IMG/VR virus record: IMGVR_UViG_3300042450_001219
Direction: 5' to 3' (one strand)
Length of the DNA stretch: 54,669 nt
Source: an uncultured virus (IMG/VR IMGVR_UViG_3300042450_001219)
Taxonomy: Duplodnaviria > Heunggongvirae > Uroviricota > Caudoviricetes
The translations under genes and the position numbers were made by a program. A model generated the notes under the pieces. The model searched no databases. It was not told the origin of the DNA and saw only the letters and a program-made list of their open reading frames with translations. Of the stretch, positions 47,242 through 54,669 are shown piece after piece (the stretch's first letter is position 1; each line of letters opens with the position of its first letter).

Positions 47242-47408
47242 TATTTCCTAAAAAATAGTTTTTTTAATTTCTTTATTATCTTAGAGGCAGACTGCTTATT
47301 TTTTTCGTGTGCAGCATCTGTTCTCTCAATAAAGGCATGGCTCTTAAAGTAGGGGTTAAATTGAAAATCTGTAAAATGTCTTCTAGGGATTCTTTTGTAA
47401 GGAGTCAT
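47241..47408 (-). CDS. small basic protein (55 aa)
   Basis: Manual translation MTPYKRIPRRHFTDFQFNPYFKSHAFIERTDAAHEKNKQSASKIIKKLKKLFFRK; TAATG coupling to the LamG gene. Confidence 0.65.
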   Translation of the reverse strand: MTPYKRIPRRHFTDFQFNPYFKSHAFIERTDAAHEKNKQSASKIIKKLKKLFFRK

Positions 47409-47415
47409 ATTTAAT

Positions 47416-47443
47416 ATTATACTACAACAACTACTAAAATCAA
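47416..47443 (-). promoter_or_regulatory. promoter, probably leaderless transcript
   Basis: TTGATT-N16-TATAAT, 7 nt before the ATG at 47408. Confidence 0.6.
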
Positions 47444-47913
47444 CAGTCTAGCTTTTTGTCAATTCCCAGATTTGATAGGAATCTTTCTGGGTCAAATCTC
47501 CAGTTATCCTTGGCAAATGAGGTCATTATTTCCATGCATGCATCCTCATATGATTCGATTGAAATTAAAGGCTTTAGCTTTAATAGGGTTTCTGTAATAT
47601 CAATATAATTTGTTCTTAAAAATGTAGGATCCCCAGCTTGATTTCTCTTGAATACCTTTTCGTTAATTCTTCCATTTGGCTCATATAGCCTAACCGTTAA
47701 ATATTGCTTTGCAAATCCCCAGTCCTTATACATATTATATGCTTCTGCTGCTTCAATGGCATTAGGAAAGAATATAATTGATCTTGCTGGTTCTTCCCCG
47801 TCTCTTGCAATCGTAAGCATGTACGCATCACTTTTTTTGCTGGCTACCGTTTCAAGATAATCTTTAACTATATCATGATGTTCTTGCTTTAGCTGACCAC
47901 TCATTATGTCCAT
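47440..47913 (-). CDS. hypothetical protein (157 aa)
   Basis: ORF track; DNWRFDPERF C-terminal motif; true start may be the third-residue-downstream Met (MSGQ). Confidence 0.7.
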   Translation of the reverse strand: MDIMSGQLKQEHHDIVKDYLETVASKKSDAYMLTIARDGEEPARSIIFFPNAIEAAEAYNMYKDWGFAKQYLTVRLYEPNGRINEKVFKRNQAGDPTFLRTNYIDITETLLKLKPLISIESYEDACMEIMTSFAKDNWRFDPERFLSNLGIDKKLDC

Positions 47914-48491
47914 CCCATATTAAAGTGTTCTCTATATTCCAGATAATCAATTGCGTATGGGTCTACCCACCAGTCTTCATGCCATTGTCTTACAACTAAT
48001 TTGTAGCCAAGTGAGGACAGGATTTCTCTTTGAGCTTCTCTCATGCCCTTATTGTTATATTCAATTTGTGCATCATGTTCAAAAGTTATTATAGAATATC
48101 TGTACTTGCTCAGAGGCACTGCTAATAGTCCATGCAATGTTAAATAAGGATTTCCAACAGCATTTCCCTGCTGGGTGTATCCAGCATCAATATCTACTTG
48201 TAAATAATCAATTTGTTTTGGGAAGTTGTTTTCTTCAAAGTAGGACAGATAATTAAAATGTGTAGCATCTCCAAGGATACATGGGTTCTTTCTGTTTGCA
48301 ACAAATTCAGCATGTCTTTGCTTGTCTATCTCAAACGATACGCCGTTCCAATTATAATCTGTTTCTAAATGATATGTGTTGCTTCCTTGCTTAGAATCAA
48401 AAGCACCAAGCTCTACATAAAAACCATTTTCTTTATTTTTGAGCAATTGGGTGACAAATCTTTCTTGACCGCTAGTTCCTTTATATTCCAT
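47904..48491 (-). CDS. FkbM / Methyltransf_21-like SAM-dependent methyltransferase
   Basis: SGQERFV, GFYVELGAFD...SNTY.LE...WNGVSFE, IDYLQVDID, ITFEH, LGYKLV. Confidence 0.8.
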   Translation of the reverse strand: MEYKGTSGQERFVTQLLKNKENGFYVELGAFDSKQGSNTYHLETDYNWNGVSFEIDKQRHAEFVANRKNPCILGDATHFNYLSYFEENNFPKQIDYLQVDIDAGYTQQGNAVGNPYLTLHGLLAVPLSKYRYSIITFEHDAQIEYNNKGMREAQREILSSLGYKLVVRQWHEDWWVDPYAIDYLEYREHFNMGWT

Positions 48492-49071
48492 TTATTTCTC
48501 CAAAAACATCTTTATTTAAAGACACAACTTCATTTAGTTTATGCTTTACAAACATTGTAGACATATATCTAGTTATATTATCTTGAACTGGAAGCGTTCC
48601 GTGAAGTATTTCTCCTCCATGTAAAAGCAATGACCCTGCAGTTGGTTTATGAATTATTTTAAGATCTGGATAATTTAGTTCTCCACCCTTATAGTCATCG
48701 TTATAGTAAATAACTACACCATAAAAAATTTTTTCATCGTTAATTCTATGGCCCTCATGATCGTCAGTATGCTCTCCTAGGGCATCGTTTATCAAGTATC
48801 TTTGTAAATTTATTCCAGTCACTTGTACGTAACCAGTAAACAATCTACAGACTCTCTCATAAATCTTAATAAACATTGGGTCTTCATTTATAAAACTGCT
48901 ATTTAAAACTTTATCTTTCCAGAAATCGTAAGTAATGTTTTCTTCATGCCAGTCTGAATTGACCCTTGCTTTTATAAATTGCATTACCTGATCAAGCTCG
49001 TCTTCTGTTATAAAATTTTGTATTTCATAAACTTGATCAGATAACTTTACAATTTTATAGTCTAGCATCAA
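48481..49071 (-). CDS. 2OG-Fe(II) oxygenase, prolyl-hydroxylase-like
   Basis: HTD, VIYYNDDYKGGEL, LHG, RY. Confidence 0.9.
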   Translation of the reverse strand: MMLDYKIVKLSDQVYEIQNFITEDELDQVMQFIKARVNSDWHEENITYDFWKDKVLNSSFINEDPMFIKIYERVCRLFTGYVQVTGINLQRYLINDALGEHTDDHEGHRINDEKIFYGVVIYYNDDYKGGELNYPDLKIIHKPTAGSLLLHGGEILHGTLPVQDNITRYMSTMFVKHKLNEVVSLNKDVFGEINGI

Positions 49072-49076
49072 CTACA

Positions 49077-49835
49077 TTACTCTTGGTTTTGTTCATGGTA
49101 TGCTTTAATGTATTCTTCTGATGGTCCACCTGGGCCACCTACAACATAACCATCAACAAATATAAATCCAGGAGTAATAAACTTTTCTCCTTCTTTCATA
49201 ATATGAACTTGGTGCTTGTATGGATCTGTAGATGGGAAAATTAATGCGCTTCCAGCTTTTGGCTTTGCAGTAAATGTAACCATATCTTTAGTCCTTGGGT
49301 CTAGCGCATCATCTGGTGGTCTAAGATGACCATTCATTTCTAACCTGAGATCTTCTGGTCTAATAACAAACGATATTTCTCCGCCTTCATAGTCATCATT
49401 CCAGTAAATAATAATTGACCACTCTAGGCTATTATCTCCAGCTTGTCTATCAAAGTGAGCTCCCATTGCACAGCCTGGGATATACTTTTGTATACCAACA
49501 AACGGTGATACGTTTGGAACTCCCTTAAGGCCTCGATCAACAATAAAGGATTCTGATATATTCTTAATAGCATTTCTAATTGTTGATATGATAAAGTCTA
49601 CATCTTTTCTTATATCTTCATCTAAATTTTCTACTTCAGAAAGATTAAAGTCCTTTTTCTTTCCAAAGATGTTACCGTCTCTGCTGCTTGAATTCCAGTT
49701 TTTCCAGCTTGGAATAACCTTGTGAACTCTTTCATCAGAATCTAGCTTATTTATCAAATCAATAATTGCTTGTGGATTCTCAATTACATCTGAGTACATG
49801 TAAACATTTTCATGTAATTTTTCTTCTAGCTTCAT
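49077..49835 (-). CDS. 2OG-Fe(II) oxygenase, prolyl-hydroxylase-like
   Basis: HFD, IYWNDDYEGGEI, KPKAGSALIFPS, HQV, GEKF. Confidence 0.9.
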   Translation of the reverse strand: MKLEEKLHENVYMYSDVIENPQAIIDLINKLDSDERVHKVIPSWKNWNSSSRDGNIFGKKKDFNLSEVENLDEDIRKDVDFIISTIRNAIKNISESFIVDRGLKGVPNVSPFVGIQKYIPGCAMGAHFDRQAGDNSLEWSIIIYWNDDYEGGEISFVIRPEDLRLEMNGHLRPPDDALDPRTKDMVTFTAKPKAGSALIFPSTDPYKHQVHIMKEGEKFITPGFIFVDGYVVGGPGGPSEEYIKAYHEQNQE

Positions 49836-50578
49836 TAGTCGTTCTCCTCTATTTTGTATTTATTTCCGTCTAGATCTATTCTGTATCCTTCTTTTAATGC
49901 ATCTTGCCATTCCGACTTTATTACTTCTTGCTCTTCTCTAATTTTTTTCATCTCTGCATCCCAAGCATCTATTGTTTCTTGAGGATATGACTCTGGTGAC
50001 CGATTGTCCCAAAATGATCCGAGAGTGTATCTTATTCCAGAAGTTATCATTGTAACCTCATGAGTATTATCAAAGCCACCTGCAAAAGATGCAAGTGTGC
50101 CAGTCTCTGGAACTAGTGTATGGTTTTGTTTATTAAATATTAGATTGCCACCTTCAAAATCATCATTTAGATACAAGAAAGCTGCGTATCTACTTCTTTC
50201 AAACGGGCCTGTTTTTCCTTCTAAATCTGTATTGTCAGAATGCTCTTTAGCATAAGCTCCTGGCTCCCACTTTTGAGCATGAAATCCAATTTTATGAATA
50301 TCAGATGAAGAATTTCCATGCACCTCAGCTACAGCATCAATAATTCTATTTTGAAGAACTGAAAAGAAATCTGATGGCAAGCCGAACTGCTCTAGCTCTT
50401 CATCTCCGTCTTGGGGCAAAACTGATGAGTATGATTCATAGAAAGTGATAGGTGTCCAAGATAGCTTTTCATTTGCAACCTGCGCCTCTAAAACATCTAT
50501 AACCTTTTTAGATTCTTCTTTTGTTAAAAAGTTTTTAAATACTAAAATGTCTGGCGTTAATCTTTCTGAAGTACTCAT
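49835..50578 (-). CDS. 2OG-Fe(II) oxygenase, prolyl-hydroxylase-like
   Basis: HSD, LYLNDDFEGGNL, HEV, GIRY. Confidence 0.9.
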   Translation of the reverse strand: MSTSERLTPDILVFKNFLTKEESKKVIDVLEAQVANEKLSWTPITFYESYSSVLPQDGDEELEQFGLPSDFFSVLQNRIIDAVAEVHGNSSSDIHKIGFHAQKWEPGAYAKEHSDNTDLEGKTGPFERSRYAAFLYLNDDFEGGNLIFNKQNHTLVPETGTLASFAGGFDNTHEVTMITSGIRYTLGSFWDNRSPESYPQETIDAWDAEMKKIREEQEVIKSEWQDALKEGYRIDLDGNKYKIEEND

Positions 50579-51306
50579 TTATTTATATCTCCATCTAGTA
50601 GTATTCTGTGATATTTTTTATTTGGGTCTGGCTGATTTTCTCCAGTATGTTTTAGTATTTCCCAGAAAAATGGGCAAGTGTACCTGATAGCGCCTTTTAT
50701 TTCTGTTACCCCATGAATATAATTCATATCTCCTGGGAAGAAGTATGCTGCTCCTTTTTTAGGCTTAAACTGTACACCTTGAAGTGGAAAATATAATTCT
50801 CCACCTTCGTATTCATCATTTAAATAAAATAAACTTGAAAGATCATAATAAGGAAAATCATTTGGCATTCCAATATCTGGCAGCTCGTGAAGCTCTTTGT
50901 CGGCATGAGGCTTTTGAAATTGGCCAGGAAGCCAGCGAACAATTGTTGTGCCTGTTGGAGTTACTTTAACTTTATAAAAATCTTCAACAATAGGCTTTAG
51001 CCTTTCAAACAAACCTTGAAGAACTGGCCTAATTGCTGGGTCATTTTTGTCTAAAGAAGGGCTTGTGCAAACTCTATCTTTCCAGTAGTTAGCGTCGTAT
51101 ACAGTTGTACCATTTTCATTTACATGGCTTTCTGTTACATCCCAAATAGTAATCTTTCTGGCAGCTGATTCGAGAAACTCTATCTCTTCCTCGGTCATAA
51201 AGTTTTCTATCTCAACTATCATGTCTTTGCTTGACCCAAAAAACCCAGAAGGAGTTAAGGAAGGGGTCTTGTATACGACTGAAGCGTCTTGATTTGTCTG
51301 ATTCAT
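50575..51306 (-). CDS. 2OG-Fe(II) oxygenase, prolyl-hydroxylase-like
   Basis: HAD, FYLNDEYEGGELYF, HGV, IRY. Confidence 0.9.
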   Translation of the reverse strand: MNQTNQDASVVYKTPSLTPSGFFGSSKDMIVEIENFMTEEEIEFLESAARKITIWDVTESHVNENGTTVYDANYWKDRVCTSPSLDKNDPAIRPVLQGLFERLKPIVEDFYKVKVTPTGTTIVRWLPGQFQKPHADKELHELPDIGMPNDFPYYDLSSLFYLNDEYEGGELYFPLQGVQFKPKKGAAYFFPGDMNYIHGVTEIKGAIRYTCPFFWEILKHTGENQPDPNKKYHRILLDGDINK

Positions 51307-51312
51307 ATTATT

Positions 51313-51321
51313 ATTATATCA
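51313..51321 (-). promoter_or_regulatory. extended -10 promoter, probably leaderless transcript
   Basis: TGATATAAT followed after 6 nt by the ATG at 51306. Confidence 0.55.
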
Positions 51322-52041
51322 TTTCTTATTGCCTGAAGTAAGGTCTGTAATCTTCAACTTTAAAGACTTAACCTCATGATGGCCGCTTCCCATAGGACTG
51401 CCATCGTAATCCACTGCATCTCTATAAAAATTTGTATGCTCTCCTGTTTGAGTAATTTTTTCCCAGACTTTTAGTCTTTCTTCTCTGCGTGTATAATCAG
51501 ACTCTTTAAAGAATTTATCTTTTATTTCAAGCTCTATATTTTGATACTCCCCTAAAGATATTGGAATAAATGTTGCTACAGGCATTCCTGCTGGAATTTT
51601 TATAACTGTATTTGGCCTTGTTATTTTCCACGCAATGGGTATGCCTTCTTTCAAAACAGATGTTGAAATAATTGTTGTAAATGGAGTAGCCCCATCCACA
51701 AAAAAATTAGGGGGGACTATTTGAAGCATAGACATATTTGGTTCTGTTTCAAAGTAGTATCCAGAATAAAAACTAATTGTGGCATTTGCTCTTTGCCCAG
51801 TGGCGACCATTCCTGGATCTGATATTATTGTTACATGATCTGGGGTTGTATCTGAAATGCCGTCCCAACTAAACTCAATATCATCTAGAAAAGAAATTGA
51901 CCAACCAATAGTATTTGCTAAAGAAACAGGAAAACATTTATATGCATGGGCATTTAAAGTTTCATCCATCCAATCTCTTTTAAGTTTAGTTTGTTCAATC
52001 TTAGATCTAGTTGATTTATTTTTATAGGCTGTTATTTTCAT
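51319..52041 (-). CDS. DUF6065-like protein
   Basis: RDWMDET..HAYKCFPVSLANTIGW, PPNFFVDG, WKITRPN, GMPVATFIP. Confidence 0.7.
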   Translation of the reverse strand: MKITAYKNKSTRSKIEQTKLKRDWMDETLNAHAYKCFPVSLANTIGWSISFLDDIEFSWDGISDTTPDHVTIISDPGMVATGQRANATISFYSGYYFETEPNMSMLQIVPPNFFVDGATPFTTIISTSVLKEGIPIAWKITRPNTVIKIPAGMPVATFIPISLGEYQNIELEIKDKFFKESDYTRREERLKVWEKITQTGEHTNFYRDAVDYDGSPMGSGHHEVKSLKLKITDLTSGNKK

Positions 52042-52732
52042 TTATCTCATTGTCCCATTTTGGATCATACATCTCTTGAGTATGAAACTTTTTGCTATAA
52101 TCAAGCATGGTTACTATTGAATATTTTGTTCCTTTTGTTACGGCTTTTGCTTGATGTGGATACATAAAGTTAGATGGGAAAATATACAGGTCCCCAGCTT
52201 TTGGCTTAATATCTAAGCCTTGCAGTCTAAAAAATAATCCGCCATCATCATAATCATCGTTTACATATCCCACTAAAGAAACTACACAGTTGTAAGAATA
52301 TCCGTGATCTTGATGTTCCATAAAATGCTGGCTCTCTCCATACTTAATAAAGTTAAAAGCTTCCCAATATTTAAGCTCCATAATATTATGAGCCTTGCAA
52401 TAATCTACAACTACTGGATATTGAGCATCATAAACATCTTGCCATAAAGATTTTAGTTTTTCAGCGTCTTCGCTTTTATCAAGGGCAATGTCGCTTTTTT
52501 TAAATTTAAAATCTACGCAATCTCTATAGTCTGGCATTAGTTGCTGATAGCCAACATAGGCTGGTTGATAATTATATCTTTTTTCTTTACCGCCAACTGG
52601 ACCCACTGCTCCTTCAAGCCTATTTATAATGTCAAATTCTTTTTTTAATACGTCTCTATATACAAATATTCCAGGAGCTAGTTCTTCTTTGCTACTCCAT
52701 GTTGGAGCTGTACTTTTTGTTTCTGTTGTCAT
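52022..52732 (-). CDS. 2OG-Fe(II) oxygenase, prolyl-hydroxylase-like
   Basis: HQD, YVNDDYDDGGLFF, KPKAGDLYIFPSNFMYPH, GTKYS. Confidence 0.9.
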   Translation of the reverse strand: MTTETKSTAPTWSSKEELAPGIFVYRDVLKKEFDIINRLEGAVGPVGGKEKRYNYQPAYVGYQQLMPDYRDCVDFKFKKSDIALDKSEDAEKLKSLWQDVYDAQYPVVVDYCKAHNIMELKYWEAFNFIKYGESQHFMEHQDHGYSYNCVVSLVGYVNDDYDDGGLFFRLQGLDIKPKAGDLYIFPSNFMYPHQAKAVTKGTKYSIVTMLDYSKKFHTQEMYDPKWDNEINENNSL

Positions 52733-53502
52733 TTATACTCTCTCTTTTTCCAAATTTTTGATTTGTATACTCCACCGTCAGGCTGACGATAAAACTTTGC
52801 ATTGTCCATTAATTTTTTTTGCATTTCTTTTACCTCAAGGTACTCGACTTCATGATTCCAGTCTTCTCTTTTAAATGGTAGAATTTGCAAAAATGGTGTC
52901 CCTTTTGGAATTGTTCCTTCCCAATCTTTTGCAATAAAAAATGGGAAAGTTCCAAGTAAGTGTACTTCGTCGTTATCAACAACTCCGCTTGTATTTAAAA
53001 ATGGCAAATCAAATCTGTTCATTGGTGTCATAAATAACGCACTGTATCCTTTTGGAACTTGAATTCCCCATTCTGGATACCAGGCAAAATGGTCTTCGTA
53101 ATATCCAACTGGAGATGGAAATTGTTGCATAGGAGGTCTTTCTGTTACAAAGCCTACATGCTTTTTATCTTTTATTTCTACAGATATTGTTCCCTTTTTA
53201 TTTTTTGAAAATATTAAATCACACGGGGTACTTAATACATATCCAGTCATAAAAGCATCTAATATTGCTGGACAAGCTTTCCATGTTGGAATTTTGCCAT
53301 AGTCGTCCTTTGTGCCTTCTCTTGGAACAGGGCAAACTTCTTTAGGAGCTTTATAGTATTCTCCGTTAGGCATTTTTGCAAATCTGTCCGCCTCTTTATA
53401 CCATTCAGGAATGCTGCTTTGTGTTGGTTTTGGCAAAGAGGGGCTAAACTTATCTAGCCACGGCCTAAAAGATTGAAATAATATTTTAATATTTTTCTCC
53501 AA
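52729..53502 (-). CDS. DUF6065-related protein (possible dUTPase-like fold)
   Basis: IPEWYK, TWKACPAILDAFMTGY, PKGYSALF..PMNRFDLPF..SGVVDND, IPKGTPFLQILPFKREDW. Start tentatively the TTG at 53502 (GAGG upstream); track gives 53526. Confidence 0.6.
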   Translation of the reverse strand: MEKNIKILFQSFRPWLDKFSPSLPKPTQSSIPEWYKEADRFAKMPNGEYYKAPKEVCPVPREGTKDDYGKIPTWKACPAILDAFMTGYVLSTPCDLIFSKNKKGTISVEIKDKKHVGFVTERPPMQQFPSPVGYYEDHFAWYPEWGIQVPKGYSALFMTPMNRFDLPFLNTSGVVDNDEVHLLGTFPFFIAKDWEGTIPKGTPFLQILPFKREDWNHEVEYLEVKEMQKKLMDNAKFYRQPDGGVYKSKIWKKREYK

Positions 53503-54190
53503 CCTCTTCTTTATGATAAAGATCATTATAATCCATCATGATAACTACGGAATATTTTGTTCCAGACGATATATTTAAAGAAGCATGCTCATAAACAAAG
53601 TTAGATGGGAACAATATTATGTCTCCCGCTTTTGGCTTTAAAGTAAGATTATGTCTTGGGAATTCAATTTCCCCGCCATCGTAATCATCATTTAAATATA
53701 CAACTGCTGACACTGTACATGTATAATATGGACCGTGGTCAGCATGTACTTTAAAAAATTCTCCTGGCAAATACTTTACAAAGTTAAATGCTTCCTTGTA
53801 ATTAATGTGAAAATTCCATACTGATTCATAATGTCTTAATGATTTATTTAATCCCGCATCGACAATGTCATAGCATTCTTTTAAAACATCGCTGTCAGAA
53901 ATATATTTACCCAGCTGATCTTTTTTAAATTTTAAATCATAGCAATTTCTAGCGTGAGTAGTTCTTTCTTTTCCATTAACTTTTGCGCCGTTCCATTGAA
54001 TTCCGTTTTTGCCTAAAGATATTTCTTCTTCAAGCATAGTGATTACTCTTTGACAGTCTTCTTGACTTATTGCATTTCTATAAAGGTTTATGCCGTAGTC
54101 TAGGTTCTCAACAAGTATATTATCGTCAATTTTTTTTGACTCAACTCTTGAACTTGTTTTTTCAATTCTTGGTAGGTCGTACCATTCCAT
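53486..54190 (-). CDS. 2OG-Fe(II) oxygenase, prolyl-hydroxylase-like
   Basis: HAD, VYLNDDYDGGEIEF, KPKAGDIILFPSNFVYEH, GTKYS. Confidence 0.9.
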   Translation of the reverse strand: MEWYDLPRIEKTSSRVESKKIDDNILVENLDYGINLYRNAISQEDCQRVITMLEEEISLGKNGIQWNGAKVNGKERTTHARNCYDLKFKKDQLGKYISDSDVLKECYDIVDAGLNKSLRHYESVWNFHINYKEAFNFVKYLPGEFFKVHADHGPYYTCTVSAVVYLNDDYDGGEIEFPRHNLTLKPKAGDIILFPSNFVYEHASLNISSGTKYSVVIMMDYNDLYHKEEVGEKY

Positions 54191-54252
54191 ATTATCTCAT
54201 TTCTACGATAACATCTTATCATACTATTCTAGAAAAGAAAAGTATATTTTAT

Positions 54253-54669
54253 TTAGTACATTCCTCCGCCGAAGTAAGGTGGGAAGAACGGGAAGGACGG
54301 TCCGAATGATGGGAAGAACGGTCCGAATGATGGGAAAAACGGTCCGAATGCTGGGAAGAACGGTGGGAAGAACGGTCCGAATAGTGGGAAGAACGGGAAG
54401 GACGGGCCTTTAAAGAATGGGAAGTATGGTGGGAAGAATGGTGGGAAGAACGGTGGGAAGAATGGTGGGAAGAACGGCGGGAAGAATGGGAAGAACGGTG
54501 GGAAGAATGGTGGGAAGAACGGTGGGAAGAACGGTGGGAAGAATGGGAAGAACGGTGGGAAGAACGGTGGGAAGAATGGTGGGAAGAACGGCGGGAAGAA
54601 TGGGAAGAACGGTGGGAAGAATGGTGGGAAGAACGGTGGGAAGAACGGTGGGAAGAATGGGAAGAACGG
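54253..54669 (-). CDS. Pro/Phe-repeat protein, C-terminal 138 aa (start lies beyond window end)
   Basis: Open frame to the window edge: tandem PFF(PPFF)4 units then PPYFPFFKGPSFPFFPLFGPFFPPFFPAFGPFFPSFGPFFPSFGPSFPFFPPYFGGGMY-stop; variation in the pure array is at third codon positions of this frame. Confidence 0.85.
   Translation of the reverse strand, partial: PFFPFFPPFFPPFFPPFFPPFFPFFPPFFPPFFPPFFPPFFPFFPPFFPPFFPPFFPPFFPFFPPFFPPFFPPFFPPFFPPYFPFFKGPSFPFFPLFGPFFPPFFPAFGPFFPSFGPFFPSFGPSFPFFPPYFGGGMY
54427..54669 (-). repeat. coding tandem repeat with 12-bp, 57-bp and 114-bp periodicity
   Basis: PPFF units, with a single-Pro PFF unit every 57 bp; the rare CCG-CCG unit recurs at 54475 and 54589. 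Confidence 0.95.

Noticed and set aside
54280..54669. Repeat array as a CRISPR array
   Set aside because: Units are contiguous 9-12 bp with no unique spacers. The Cas4-like gene at the other end is a common stand-alone phage nuclease.
1..54669. tRNA, rRNA, integrase, transposase, lysis genes
   Set aside because: None recognised; intergenic gaps are short and largely explained by promoters and terminators. A tRNA scan was not run.

Overview
A 54.7 kb AT-rich segment of a tailed dsDNA phage (siphovirus-like), with every credible gene on the minus strand. Reading in the direction of transcription (high to low coordinates): (1) a truncated ORF made almost entirely of Pro-Phe repeats; (2) a cluster of six prolyl-hydroxylase-like 2OG-Fe(II) oxygenases, two DUF6065-like proteins and an FkbM-type methyltransferase; (3) a LamG-domain protein and an HK97-type head module (portal, protease/scaffold, major capsid); (4) neck and tail genes, including a chaperone pair joined by a CCCAAAC -1 frameshift and a 3924-aa tape measure protein carrying kinase-like, HExxH and GNAT-like domains; (5) tail tip and fibre genes, one of which carries the same 19-residue PFF(PPFF)4 repeat; (6) a replication/recombination module (DnaB, DnaG, gp32-like protein, DnaE, RecA, resolvase, SSB, Cas4-like nuclease). 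An actinobacterial host is inferred from apparent leaderless promoters and the SSB/DnaE style. The best candidate for an undescribed system is enzymatic modification (probably proline hydroxylation) of PPFF-repeat virion proteins by the oxygenase cluster. All calls come from motif reading and synteny; no database searches were run.
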